A program made the translations under genes and the position numbers. A stretch of 60,400 nucleotides of DNA, counting the filler, from Candidatus Woesearchaeota archaeon (GTDB lineage: Archaea > Nanobdellota > Nanobdellia > Woesearchaeales > CAZJJJ01): NCBI GenBank assembly GCA_046538795.1. It is 3 parts of 3 records of this genome, joined end to end, with 100 filler letters (N's around TTAATTAATTAA, not from the genome) between each part and the next. Parts side by side here need not be neighbours in the genome. Positions count along the whole stretch, not along the records: positions 1 to 20,984 come from JBKHIF010000020.1; positions 21,085 to 40,899 come from JBKHIF010000022.1; 1 more part is not named here. The stretch is one strand, 5' to 3'. The first letter of the stretch is position 1; each line of letters starts with the position of its first letter. Below, in pieces: positions 19,010 to 29,146 of the stretch. The notes beneath the pieces were generated by a model. The model ran no database searches. It was not told where the DNA came from and was given only the letters and a program-made list of their open reading frames with translations.

Positions 19010-20029
19010 ATGGAAACTTCTATTGAATTTGGTGCAAGACAAGCGATAGTCAACTGCATAGATCTTAAGAAATATGATAAGTTATGTATCATAACTGATG
19101 AAAATTCCAAAGAGATTGCAGATGTTTTGTTTGTAGAGGCAGAAAACATCACAAGTAATATTTCTGTATTTGTCATGGAAGATTATGGCAAAAGAGATTC
19201 CAAAGGCATAAATCCATTAAGGTTTCCTGATGAGATGAAAGATGCAATACTTTCTTCTACAGTCAGCATCTATTGTGCAGGTTCAATGAAAAATGAACTT
19301 AAGAGTTTTAGAAAACCAATGCTTGAAGCTGTTGAAAAAAATGAAAAACTAAGGCATGCGCACATGCCTGGTATTACTGAAGAAATAATGAAGGATGGCA
19401 TGGCATCTGATTATGCTAAAATTCAGGAAATGTCAAAAAAGATATTTGATTTTGTAAATGATGCAAAAGAAGTTCATGTAACAACAGATAAAGGAACGGA
19501 CTTTACTGTTGAGCTTGGATTCAAGTGGATCATTTCTGATGGTGATCTTACAAAAAAGAAATGGACAAACTTTCCTGATGGCGAGGTCTTTACATGTGTT
19601 AAAAATATCAACGGAAAAGCTGTTATTAATGGTGTGTTAGGCGATTATTTTACGCACTTTGGAATTTTAGATCAGACTCCCTTGACTCTCATTTTTGAAA
19701 ACGGATTTGTAACTGAGATTATCTGTGACAATAAAGAACTTGAAAACGAAGTGAAAAAATATTCAAAACAAGATGAAAATGCAAGTCGCATCGGTGAGTT
19801 TGCAATAGGAACAAACCTTGACCTTAAGAAACTTATAGGTAATCTGCTGCAGGATGAAAAATTTCCAGGAGTGCATATCGCGATAGGTCATGGTTATCCC
19901 GAAAAGACTGGTTCAGGATGGAATAGCGATGCTCATCTTGATTGTGTCATTCCAGATACGACGATAGTTGTGGATGGAAAAAAGATTATGGAGAAAGGGA
20001 AATTTCTTGATCTAATGCATAGCTCTTAA
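19010..20029 (+). CDS. Aminopeptidase (M29 / leucyl aminopeptidase T-like)
   Basis: NFPDGEVF, IGEFAIGTN, DEKFPGVHIAIG, HLD. Confidence 0.85.
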   Translation: METSIEFGARQAIVNCIDLKKYDKLCIITDENSKEIADVLFVEAENITSNISVFVMEDYGKRDSKGINPLRFPDEMKDAILSSTVSIYCAGSMKNELKSFRKPMLEAVEKNEKLRHAHMPGITEEIMKDGMASDYAKIQEMSKKIFDFVNDAKEVHVTTDKGTDFTVELGFKWIISDGDLTKKKWTNFPDGEVFTCVKNINGKAVINGVLGDYFTHFGILDQTPLTLIFENGFVTEIICDNKELENEVKKYSKQDENASRIGEFAIGTNLDLKKLIGNLLQDEKFPGVHIAIGHGYPEKTGSGWNSDAHLDCVIPDTTIVVDGKKIMEKGKFLDLMHSS

Positions 20030-20854
20030 TCTCTTGACCCTTTCTTCCATAGGTGGATGTGTAGAAAGAAGCCTTACAAGAGTATTTGCCTTGAAAGGAT
20101 TTGTTATGAAAAGTGAGCTTGTTGATGGATTTCCAAACCTCATGGGGTTTCTTGATGATTCGTGATGTATCTTTTCAAGAGCAGATGCAAGTCCATGAGG
20201 GTTATGTGAAATTTTTGCTCCGCTTTCATCAGCCATGTATTCTCTTGATCTTGATATTGCAAGCTGGATTATCGTAGCGACAAGAGGTGTGACTATAGCA
20301 AGCACAAGAAGTTCTATCCCATTTCCGCCTCTGTCATCACGTCCTCCAAATCCTCCAAATAATGCGGCCCATCTTGCCATCATCGCAACATAAGATATTA
20401 TCCCTGCGATAGATGCTGCTATTGTCTGTATTAATGTATCTCTATTTTTTATATGTGAAAGTTCGTGTGCTAAAACTCCTTTCAGCTCTGCATCTGTAAG
20501 AAGATCAAGTATGCCTTCTGTGCATGCGACTGCTGAATGTTTAGGATTTCTGCCTGTGGCAAAAGCATTAGGGTTTCCTGAAGGTATTATGTATACTTTT
20601 GGCGTTGGAAGTTTTGCGCTTCTTGCAAGTTCGGTTACCATTGAATAAAGTTTGTGAGATTTTGGAACCTCTTGTGCCCTATACATCTTAAGGACGATCT
20701 TATCAGAGAAAAAATAGGATGCCAGATTCATACCTAATACAAATACGATCGCAATACTTAGTCCTTGCATACCTCCGAGAAGATCACCCACCCAAAGCAA
20801 AAGCCCGGACAATGCTCCCAGAAGTATTACTGTCTTTATTTGATTTTCAATCAT
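20012..20854 (-). CDS. htpX: Zinc metalloprotease HtpX
   Basis: PNAFATGRNP, AHELSH, SRSREYMAD, STHPP. Confidence 0.95.
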   Translation of the reverse strand: MIENQIKTVILLGALSGLLLWVGDLLGGMQGLSIAIVFVLGMNLASYFFSDKIVLKMYRAQEVPKSHKLYSMVTELARSAKLPTPKVYIIPSGNPNAFATGRNPKHSAVACTEGILDLLTDAELKGVLAHELSHIKNRDTLIQTIAASIAGIISYVAMMARWAALFGGFGGRDDRGGNGIELLVLAIVTPLVATIIQLAISRSREYMADESGAKISHNPHGLASALEKIHHESSRNPMRFGNPSTSSLFITNPFKANTLVRLLSTHPPMEERVKRLRAMH

Positions 20855-20984
20855 TTTACCAAACCCTCTGAGAAGATATAATTGAGATTGCTTTAAATAT
20901 CTTTGCTTGAAATATGGCTGTTATCCAACTATCAATGATAACTTAATTTTTTTTAACAATTAAATATTTAAATGATAAGATTGA

Positions 20985-21084
20985 NNNNNNNNNNNNNNNN
21001 NNNNNNNNNNNNNNNNNNNNNNNNNNNNTTAATTAATTAANNNNNNNNNNNNNNNNNNNNNNNNNNNNNNNNNNNNNNNNNNNN
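20985..21084. other. Artificial contig linker
   Basis: 100 bp: N-run, TTAATTAATTAA (stops in all six frames), N-run. Confidence 0.97.
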
Positions 21085-21085
21085 A

Positions 21086-21193
21086 GAAGAATTAGGCACT
21101 GCAGCTGGTCTACAGGTTGCAACTACTGCGGTGGTTGTTGTTGAGGCTGGAGAAGCCAAGGATAAGCTAAAAGCATTTGCTGCAGAAAAGTGA
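21086..21193 (+). CDS. rpl7ae: 50S ribosomal protein L7Ae, C-terminal part (5' end cut by contig edge)
   Basis: Translates EELGTAAGLQVATTAVVVVEAGEAK; canonical position before rps28e. Confidence 0.85.
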   Translation, partial: EELGTAAGLQVATTAVVVVEAGEAKDKLKAFAAEK

Positions 21194-21203
21194 GTGATTA
21201 AGA

Positions 21204-21464
21204 ATGGCAGCAGAGAAGAAAGAAAAGAAAAGCTCCTCATCTGGTGTACAGTTCTCAACAGCTGTACCAGCAAGCATTGAGGAGATAATAGGTCGCACAG
21301 GTACCAGGGGTGAGGCGATCCAAGTCCGTTGCAAGGTGCTTGATGGTAGAGATAAGAATAAGATTTTACGCAGAAATGTCAAGGGTCCAGTCAAGTTAGG
21401 AGATGTTTTGATGTTGCGTGAGACTGAGTTTGAAGCTCGTCCGCTAAGTAGGGGTGGCAGATAA
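21204..21464 (+). CDS. rps28e: 30S ribosomal protein S28e
   Basis: [33 protein letters not shown]. Confidence 0.95.
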   Translation: MAAEKKEKKSSSSGVQFSTAVPASIEEIIGRTGTRGEAIQVRCKVLDGRDKNKILRRNVKGPVKLGDVLMLRETEFEARPLSRGGR

Positions 21465-21465
21465 G

Positions 21466-21657
21466 ATGGTAGATTGCAGTTTTTGTGGAAAAGGTATCCC
21501 AAGGGGTACTGGCAAAATGTATATCAAAAAAGACGGGAAAGTATTTAGATACTGTTCTTCCAAATGTGAGAAAAATCAGCTTTCTCTTGGAAGAAAGGCA
21601 AGAAGAGTGAACTGGACTGAAGAATCCCGTTCGTTGAAAGAGTCTTCAAAGGCTTGA
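21466..21657 (+). CDS. rpl24e: 50S ribosomal protein L24e
   Basis: CSFCG...GTGKMYIKKDG...CSSKC...WT. Confidence 0.95.
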   Translation: MVDCSFCGKGIPRGTGKMYIKKDGKVFRYCSSKCEKNQLSLGRKARRVNWTEESRSLKESSKA

Positions 21658-21738
21658 TTTTTTTATTTATTATTTTAATTGTCTATATATATTATATATA
21701 TTATAAATAAATTTGACACGATATATGAGGTGTGGTTG

Positions 21739-22224
21739 ATGGCTGTTGAAAGAACGCTTGTATTACTTAAACCCGATGCAGTACAAAGAGCATTGATGGG
21801 TGAGATCATACAGAGGCTTGAAAAAGCAGGCCTTAAGATAGTTGCGATGAAGATGGTCTGGGTAGATTCAGACTTTGCAAAGAAACATTACGCTGAACAT
21901 GTTGAAAAACCATTCTATCCAGGGCTGGAATCCCTGATAACTATGGGCCCTATCCTTGCGATGACTGTTGAAGGTGTCGAGGCTATTGCAACAATCAGAA
22001 AGATGGTTGGTTCAACAGAACCAAAAAGTGCTGCTCCCGGAACAATCAGAGGAGATTATGCTCATGTGAGTTATGGTCATGCTGATGAGAAAGGTATTGG
22101 GATCAAGAATCTCATACATGCATCAGCAAACGAGTCTGACGCAAAAAAGGAGATTGCTCTTTGGTTTGAGGATCAAGAGATACATAGCTACAAAACAGTT
22201 CATGATATGCACATATCAGAATAA
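21739..22224 (+). CDS. ndk: Nucleoside diphosphate kinase
   Basis: ERTLVLLKPDAVQR, PGTIRGD, NLIHAS; GAGGTG RBS. Confidence 0.96.
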   Translation: MAVERTLVLLKPDAVQRALMGEIIQRLEKAGLKIVAMKMVWVDSDFAKKHYAEHVEKPFYPGLESLITMGPILAMTVEGVEAIATIRKMVGSTEPKSAAPGTIRGDYAHVSYGHADEKGIGIKNLIHASANESDAKKEIALWFEDQEIHSYKTVHDMHISE

Positions 22225-22290
22225 ACAAGATTAAGATAAAAATTAAAATAAAAATAAACTGGAAAAACCAGATAATTTAGGTGATTAATC

Positions 22291-24480
22291 ATGGGAGAAA
22301 AGATGGTCGATAAGGTTATAAGGATTATGAAAAATCCTGAAAAGATCAGAAATATCGCTATCTGCGCTCACATAGATCATGGAAAGACAACTCTCTCAGA
22401 CAACCTACTTGCAGGAGCAGGGATGATGTCTGAAGAACTTGCAGGTAAAGCATGTCAGCTAGATTTCCATGAAGATGAGCAGGAGCGTGGAATTACGATT
22501 GATTCAGCAGCAGTATCTATGGTTCATAATCTTCCTGAGGAAGGAGGAGAATATCTGATAAATCTTATAGATACACCAGGACACGTAGATTTTGGCGGAG
22601 ACGTTACAAGAGCTATGAGAGCTGTTGATGGCGCTGTTGTGCTTGTAGATGCAGTTGAAGGAATGATGCCACAGACAGAGACAGTACTTAAGCAGGCCCT
22701 GCGAGAAAGGGTCAAGCCGATACTTTTCATAAATAAGTGTGACAGGCTGATAAAAGAGCTTAAGCTTACTCCGGACAAGATGCAGGAGACATTCATGAAG
22801 ATAATTACAAATGTCAATAAGTTCATTATGAGCACTGCTCCTGATGGTTTTGGCGAGAAATGGCAGGTTAATGTACAGGATGGAAGCGTATGTTTTGGTT
22901 CTGGATTTCATAACTGGGCGCTTTCTCTTAAATACATGCAGGCTCATAATATAAGTTTCAAGGATATAATTGATGCTTATGAGGCAGGTTCTGAAAATTA
23001 CAAAGAACTCAGAAAAAAATGCCCTTTGCACGTTGTATTGCTTAATGCAGTAATAAGACATCTTCCCGGACCTGCTGATTCACAGGCATACAGGATTCCC
23101 AGGCTATGGACTGGAGAAATGGATTCAGCCGATGCTAAATCCCTTAAGGGTTGTGACCCTAACGGACCGCTTTACTTTGTAACTACAAAGATAGTTATCG
23201 ATCCTAATGCTGGAGAAGTCGCTGCCGGAAGAATATTTTCAGGAACCATGAAAAAAGGTGCTGATGTATATCTTAACAGGGCTAAGATACCTTCAAGGAT
23301 CCAGCAGGTAAGCATCTACAATGGTGCTAAAAGAGAGCTTGTGGAATCAGTCCCTGCAGGAAATATTATTGGTGTTGTAGGGCTTAGGAATGTATATCCC
23401 GGAGAGACTGTAACAATTAAGGAGTCGGATCCTTTTGTAGAGATACAGCATCTCTTTGATCCAGTTGTTACAAAGGCTATAGAAGCTACAAAGCCAGGAG
23501 ATCTTCCTAAACTTATCGAAGTATTGAGACAGGTAGGTAAAGAGGATCCAACAATCGTGATCAACATCAATGAAGAGACAGGAGAGCATCTTATGAGTGG
23601 TATGGGAGAGCTTCACCTTGAAGTCATCGAGAACAGGATCAAGAAAGAGAAAGGTGTCGAAGTAAAAAGTTCGCCTCCTATTGTCGTATACAGGGAAGCT
23701 ATAACTAAATTTAACCCTGCTGATGCAGAAGGTAAGTCTCCAAACAAGCACAACAAGCTTTATTTCAAGGTTGAACCTCTTTCACCTGAGCTTACAAATG
23801 GTATCAAGAACAAGGATGTCCCTGAAGGAAGAGTCAAGAAGAAAGACGACCAGCTTTATGAGGCGCTTGAGAAATACGGCATGGACAACAAGGAATCAAA
23901 GAAAGTAAAGGATGTATTTGACGGAAACATCTTTGTTGATGGAACAAGAGGTATTGTCCACATAGGTGAGATAATAGAGCTTGTACTTGACATGTTTGAA
24001 GACGTCATGAAAAAAGGTCCTATAGCAAAAGAGCCTTGTATCAATGTCAAGGTGACACTTACAGACTGTAAACTTCACGAAGACGCAATCCACAGAGGCC
24101 CTGCGCAGCTTTATCCTGCTGTAAGAGACGGTATAAGAGAAGCTATGAGAATGGCAAATCCTCTTCTTTTCGAGCCGGTCCAGACTTTGCAGTTTGAAGC
24201 TCCGGAAGAATACATGGGAGAGATTTCAAAAGTTATCTCAAACAAGAGAGGACAGCTACTTGACATGAAGCAGGAAGGAGCTCACGTGACAGTTAAAGGA
24301 AAGCTTCCTGTTGCAGAGATGTTCGGACTTACTAACGAACTCAGAAGCGCTACAGGCGGACGTGGAAACTTCTTTGTTGTAGATCAGGAATTCGAAAGGC
24401 TTCCTGAAGAGCTTCAGGCAAAGATCCAGTCACAGATCAGAAGCAGGAAAGGGCTTAATGCAACTGAGGATGAAGAATAA
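22291..24480 (+). CDS. fusA: Elongation factor 2 (aEF-2)
   Basis: AHIDHGKT, DTPGHVDF, NKCD, intact diphthamide loop HEDAIHRGPAQ. Confidence 0.97.
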   Translation: MGEKMVDKVIRIMKNPEKIRNIAICAHIDHGKTTLSDNLLAGAGMMSEELAGKACQLDFHEDEQERGITIDSAAVSMVHNLPEEGGEYLINLIDTPGHVDFGGDVTRAMRAVDGAVVLVDAVEGMMPQTETVLKQALRERVKPILFINKCDRLIKELKLTPDKMQETFMKIITNVNKFIMSTAPDGFGEKWQVNVQDGSVCFGSGFHNWALSLKYMQAHNISFKDIIDAYEAGSENYKELRKKCPLHVVLLNAVIRHLPGPADSQAYRIPRLWTGEMDSADAKSLKGCDPNGPLYFVTTKIVIDPNAGEVAAGRIFSGTMKKGADVYLNRAKIPSRIQQVSIYNGAKRELVESVPAGNIIGVVGLRNVYPGETVTIKESDPFVEIQHLFDPVVTKAIEATKPGDLPKLIEVLRQVGKEDPTIVININEETGEHLMSGMGELHLEVIENRIKKEKGVEVKSSPPIVVYREAITKFNPADAEGKSPNKHNKLYFKVEPLSPELTNGIKNKDVPEGRVKKKDDQLYEALEKYGMDNKESKKVKDVFDGNIFVDGTRGIVHIGEIIELVLDMFEDVMKKGPIAKEPCINVKVTLTDCKLHEDAIHRGPAQLYPAVRDGIREAMRMANPLLFEPVQTLQFEAPEEYMGEISKVISNKRGQLLDMKQEGAHVTVKGKLPVAEMFGLTNELRSATGGRGNFFVVDQEFERLPEELQAKIQSQIRSRKGLNATEDEE

Positions 24481-24675
24481 GATTCATTTTTGTTTTTTTA
24501 TTTTTTTTAGCAAAGTACAGATGTTTCATAAAGAAACATTTTTAAATATGTTTGAGGGAACCTCAAATGTCTTAAAAAGATTCCAAGAAGGAAATCTTTT
24601 TAAATAAGGTCAAGTTTTTGCTAAGATGGACTTGATTTTTAATGATAAAAAAGCCTATTTGGAGGTTGGTTTTAG

Positions 24676-25965
24676 ATGGCAAAAGAAAAGGAACATTTAA
24701 ATTTGGTCTTCATCGGTCACGTTGACCATGGTAAGTCAACAACTGTTGGAAGACTACTGTTTGATTCAGGTAACATAGATGAGCAGGCTATGAGAAAGCT
24801 TAAAGACAAAGCAGAAGAGCTTGGTAAGGGCGGCTTTGAATTCGCTTTCGTTATGGATAACCTAAAGGAAGAGAGAGAAAGAGGAGTAACTATCGATCTT
24901 GCTCATAAGAAATTTGAGACAGACAAGTATTATTTTACGATAATCGACGCACCAGGACACAGGGACTTTGTCAAGAACATGATAACAGGAGCATCACAAG
25001 CTGATGCAGCAGTTCTTGTTGTTGCAGCAAATGATGGTGTCAATGCGCAGACAAAGGAACACGTATTCCTATCCAAAACTCTTGGAGTCAATCAGATAAT
25101 AATAGCTATCAATAAGATGGATATCTCTGGTGTGGAATATTCAGAAGACAAGTACAACAAAGTAAAGGAAGAGGTCGGAAATCTGATAAAGACTGTCGGT
25201 TACAAACCTGATACTACAAAGTTCATCCCTATAGCTTCGCTTAAGGGAGACAATGTTGTAAATAAATCAGAGAATATGTCTTGGTACACAGGAGAGACTC
25301 TTCTTGAAGCTATAAATGGGCTTGAGGTTCCAAGTAAACCTACAGAGCTTCCTTTAAGACTGCCTATACAGGATGTCTATAACATAACAGGTATCGGTGT
25401 AGTTCCTGTTGGAAAGGTTGAGACTGGTGTTATGAAAGTAGGACAGAAAGTGATGGCTGTTCCTGGAAGAGAAGGTAAAGGTGTTCCTGGAGAAGTAAAG
25501 AGCATGGAGATGCATCACGAACAGCTTCAGCAGGCAGAACCAGGAGACAACATAGGATTCAACATAAGAGGATTCGGTAAGAAAGATGTTGCTCGTGGAG
25601 ATGTTATCGGTTCAGCTGATAATGTTCCAACAGTAGCTTCAGAATTTACAGCACAGCTTGTTGTTCTGAATCATCCAAGCGTTATAACTGTTGGCTACAC
25701 ACCTGTTTTCCACATCCATACTGCACAGATCGCATGTAGGATTGTTGAGATACAGAAAAAGCTAAATCCAGCAACTGGAGAGACACTTGAAGAGAATCCT
25801 GACTTTATCAAGAATGGAGATGCGGCTATCGTCAAGATACAGCCTGTCCAGCCTCTTGTTATAGAGAAGCAGAAAGAGATTCCTCAGATGTCAAGATTTG
25901 CTATCAGAGATTCTGGTACAACTGTTGCAGCAGGAATGTGCATCGACTTAGTCAAGAAGAACTAA
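24676..25965 (+). CDS. tuf: Elongation factor 1-alpha
   Basis: [30 protein letters not shown]. Confidence 0.97.
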   Translation: MAKEKEHLNLVFIGHVDHGKSTTVGRLLFDSGNIDEQAMRKLKDKAEELGKGGFEFAFVMDNLKEERERGVTIDLAHKKFETDKYYFTIIDAPGHRDFVKNMITGASQADAAVLVVAANDGVNAQTKEHVFLSKTLGVNQIIIAINKMDISGVEYSEDKYNKVKEEVGNLIKTVGYKPDTTKFIPIASLKGDNVVNKSENMSWYTGETLLEAINGLEVPSKPTELPLRLPIQDVYNITGIGVVPVGKVETGVMKVGQKVMAVPGREGKGVPGEVKSMEMHHEQLQQAEPGDNIGFNIRGFGKKDVARGDVIGSADNVPTVASEFTAQLVVLNHPSVITVGYTPVFHIHTAQIACRIVEIQKKLNPATGETLEENPDFIKNGDAAIVKIQPVQPLVIEKQKEIPQMSRFAIRDSGTTVAAGMCIDLVKKN

Positions 25966-26070
25966 GTTTTTGCTTTTTTATTTTTTTTATTTATCTTTAA
26001 ATTATAGAAACTTTTATAAATAGGTCATGATGAACTTACAAATTATCATGGCTAATACCTGAGGACGAAA

Positions 26071-26385
26071 ATGCAGAAAGCAAGAATAAAATTAGCAAGC
26101 ACAGAAATCGATAAGATCAATTCGGTCTGCGAAAATATCAAAGAGATTGCAGAAAAGACCGGAGTAGAGATGAGAGGTCCTATTCCTCTTCCGACAAAAA
26201 AGCTTAAGGTTACAACAATGAAGTGTCCTTGCGGTAGAGGAACATCAACTTATGAGCGATATGAGATGAGGATCCATAAAAGGCTTATTGATCTTGGAAT
26301 AGATGAACGTGCTTTAAGGCTTGTTATGAGAATACATATTCCTGAAGGATTGAATATCGAAATCGAGCTTATTGATGTTAACTGA
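26071..26385 (+). CDS. rps10: 30S ribosomal protein S10
   Basis: [18 protein letters not shown]; follows tuf. Confidence 0.96.
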   Translation: MQKARIKLASTEIDKINSVCENIKEIAEKTGVEMRGPIPLPTKKLKVTTMKCPCGRGTSTYERYEMRIHKRLIDLGIDERALRLVMRIHIPEGLNIEIELIDVN

Positions 26386-26394
26386 TTTTTTTGA

Positions 26395-26898
26395 TTAAAT
26401 TTTCTCTTTTCTAATATTTTTTTTAGCTATCTTAATTATTTCTCCAAAATCAGATTTATCATTTTTTGGATATTCAAGCACCATGTTGTTGAAATTTATA
26501 TGAGGAAATTCTCTGCAGTGTATCGGCCTGAACTTATATATCATGCAGCTATTATCTTCTTTCTGGAAAGGGCATCTGTCATGAACTAAAGTATAATCAA
26601 GAACGTTGAAATTATCTTTTTCCGGATTATAAGAAAGTCTTTTTGGCTTTAATTTTAGTTCAAGTTTTAGAGCTTTTGCCTTTTTTTCAAGAATTATTTT
26701 CTCTTCAGGAGTAACTGTTATTGTAAAAGAATACAATGGATCTATATATACCAGGCCTGTTTTTTCATATATTTTTTCTCTGAAATAAAGATCCTCGTCT
26801 TTTCTAAGAAATCTTTTTTCCTTGAAAGAGCAGCATTCGCCGCATTTTTGGCATTCTCCTGTCTTCTGACATTTGAATCTAAGTGATTTTTTATCCAT
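26395..26898 (-). CDS. YkgJ-family cysteine cluster protein
   Basis: CQKCGECC, CPF, CMIYKFRPIHCREFP. Confidence 0.85.
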   Translation of the reverse strand: MDKKSLRFKCQKTGECQKCGECCSFKEKRFLRKDEDLYFREKIYEKTGLVYIDPLYSFTITVTPEEKIILEKKAKALKLELKLKPKRLSYNPEKDNFNVLDYTLVHDRCPFQKEDNSCMIYKFRPIHCREFPHINFNNMVLEYPKNDKSDFGEIIKIAKKNIRKEKI

Positions 26899-27057
26899 GT
26901 GGTCTCCGTATAGAAAGAGTATTTAGTTTGTCTCTGTTATTTTTGCAGATGCAGTTTTTTTGTAAAAAAAATCTGATCTTGTATTTAAACTGTGTGTTTT
27001 TTGCCTGTCAAAAAACATGGTTGTCTTAAGAGAATACGTTATATCTGTTGCGATATC

Positions 27058-27158
27058 TTTATTTCTAAATTTTGGGTTTGCCCTGAAAGGGTACTCCTTT
27101 GGAGTAATATCCCACACTTCAGTGTGAGGATAGGCTTGAGCAGTGATTTTCTTTATTT
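27058..27158. mobile_element. Dispersed hairpin-rich element, copy A (MITE/REP-like)
   Basis: Both ends match 45550-45758 in reverse complement (29/29 and 48/52); central CCCACACTTCAGTGTGAGG hairpin. Confidence 0.7.
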
Positions 27159-27468
27159 ATTTTTTATGGCTGCAGAATTTCCTGAAATTGCATACATTTT
27201 TGCAAAATTCCACTGTTTCAGTTATATGGCAGGGCAGCCTTACTTTTTTTTCATAAAAATTGCTTTTTCCTGCACACATCCTGGTTTCATAGGATTCTAT
27301 GCTCCTTATCTGGTTTTCATTTATTGTTTCTATCACCAGATCATCTTCTTCAGAAAGATATCGTTCATAATCAAATGTTGATTTTCTATGTTTCATTTCA
27401 GAATATGAATTGTTAAGCTTTTTCTCTTCTTCATTCAGATCCAGATATACAATCTCCTGAACACCCAT
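27157..27468 (-). CDS. Hypothetical protein with C-terminal Cys cluster
   Basis: GAGGT RBS upstream; C...C...CKNVCNFRKFC. Confidence 0.6.
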   Translation of the reverse strand: MGVQEIVYLDLNEEEKKLNNSYSEMKHRKSTFDYERYLSEEDDLVIETINENQIRSIESYETRMCAGKSNFYEKKVRLPCHITETVEFCKNVCNFRKFCSHKK

Positions 27469-27601
27469 CCTAATACATCAAACCTCTATTGAATACAATA
27501 TTCACCACGAACAAACAATAATAATCTTGATAGAACTGGTATTTAAACTTTCCTGTTATGTTTTTTTAAGCATATGTGTATATTTGTATTTATGTACTTT
27601 A

Positions 27602-29095
27602 TTAATAATCAATTTTTTCGCAGTCACCTTCATCCTGTATTTCTATTGAGAAATTGCCATCTTTCCAGTTTTCCAGAAGACTGGAAAGTTCATTATGTTC
27701 ATATAGGCAGACAAATTTTGCTCCTATGGAATTTCCTGCTGCTTCATTGTTTTCTGCTTCCATTGAATCTATTTCTTCTTCTGTGAAGCCCTGGTTTAGA
27801 AGCTCTGTTCTTGATTCTTCTGTGTAGGTTAGGTTGATTTTAATTATTTCTTCGTAATATACGCATTGTCCTGAATGATTGCCCCGGATCTCAGAATATG
27901 TCTCTGTTGTGGTGTTTACTCCTGAATTAATCTCAGACAAGATGTTGATCTTTTTTGCAGGACTGCAGTCAAGGGACGCCTCTATAAAGCAGTCGTAATC
28001 TTTGCTACAGTCATCAAGATCTCCTGCTACGCAGTCTGTATCAGATTCAGTTGTGCAATGAGAAGGGCATTCACCATCATGGTGTTCGCATTTTTCTATC
28101 ACTGAATTTTCACACATGCCTATTTTTTCAGGAAAATTGATAAGACAGATATCTTTTGTTGATGAATTATCATCATCACAGTCTTTATCTTCCATGCATT
28201 TTCCATCAGATAATGGGTCACAATCATTGTCATCATCATACCTGCATCCTATTGGACAATAGTTGTCATCATCTATGCAATCTTTGATTATTGTGACTGA
28301 GCATGTTTTATCTGTCCTGCATACATCTTTGGTCATGATGTTTTCATCGTCGCAGTCAGAGTCTGTTTCACAGGAAACAGGAAATTTTTTAGTAATGTTG
28401 CTGTCGTTGTTATTGGCTTGATCTTGTTCTATCATTGAATCTGTATTGTTGTCTAATAGGGAAACTGTTGATTTGGTTTCATTGATAACCTGATCAGTAT
28501 CTATGTCATGGCTTGTATTATCTGAAGTGTCATCTGCATCTGCTTTTTCAGCCTGTTTTTTTGGATGGACGCATCTTGAATCAACTGTTGAAGGATTTTC
28601 GCAGATATTGTCTGTGTATGGGTTTGAATCATCACAGTCTGAGTTTTCGCAGCAGATATAATCTATACATAGATCTCCTGCTCTGTACTGGCAGGTGTCG
28701 CAGTTGATCTCCTGTTCGGGATTAGTTTCCTGATCATCCTGGGAATTTGATCCGAAATTCAGGCTTAGACCATTTTCAAAGCTGATAGTATCATTAAGGA
28801 ACAAAGAGCCTAATACAACGGCTATTATAAGTATTACAAGAACTACAATCAGAGATGTTACGATTATCTTTTTAGAATTAGAGTTTTCTTTTTGCAATTC
28901 TTGATTAAATGAAGCTGGTTGGTTATTTTTTTGAGTTACTTTAGATTTTTTTAGCTGTTTGTTTGCCTCTTTTAAAGAATCAGATATATTCTTCTCTGGA
29001 TATCCCTGAGCAAGAAGCGTCTTCTTGAGCTGTTCATCACTGTATCCTTTTTGCTTGTAGGTTTTCAGATAATCAATCAGCATTTTATCTATCAT
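27602..29095 (-). CDS. Type II membrane-anchored Cys/Asp-rich repeat surface protein
   Basis: Helical N-domain, one TM helix, repeated C..DSDCDD.N..T.D.C and D..CP..C....D.DC units. Confidence 0.8.
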   Translation of the reverse strand: MIDKMLIDYLKTYKQKGYSDEQLKKTLLAQGYPEKNISDSLKEANKQLKKSKVTQKNNQPASFNQELQKENSNSKKIIVTSLIVVLVILIIAVVLGSLFLNDTISFENGLSLNFGSNSQDDQETNPEQEINCDTCQYRAGDLCIDYICCENSDCDDSNPYTDNICENPSTVDSRCVHPKKQAEKADADDTSDNTSHDIDTDQVINETKSTVSLLDNNTDSMIEQDQANNNDSNITKKFPVSCETDSDCDDENIMTKDVCRTDKTCSVTIIKDCIDDDNYCPIGCRYDDDNDCDPLSDGKCMEDKDCDDDNSSTKDICLINFPEKIGMCENSVIEKCEHHDGECPSHCTTESDTDCVAGDLDDCSKDYDCFIEASLDCSPAKKINILSEINSGVNTTTETYSEIRGNHSGQCVYYEEIIKINLTYTEESRTELLNQGFTEEEIDSMEAENNEAAGNSIGAKFVCLYEHNELSSLLENWKDGNFSIEIQDEGDCEKIDY

Positions 29096-29146
29096 GGTTT
29101 GCCTCTTATGATTTTGTTCTTTAAATCTCTTTTTGAATTCATCAGA

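Noticed and set aside
20985..21084. TTAATTAATTAA palindrome inside N-runs (again at 40900-40999)
   Set aside because: Identical 100-bp construct with stops in six frames: an assembly linker, not biology
26027..26062. ATGATGA...CTGA before rps10 as a second C/D sRNA
   Set aside because: Only 25 nt between boxes, no C'/D' pair, weak terminal stem, and the C box probably lies upstream of the transcription start
21086..26385. ndk followed by EF-2/EF-1alpha/S10 without S12/S7
   Set aside because: Operon shuffling is common in small archaeal genomes; nothing further is supported
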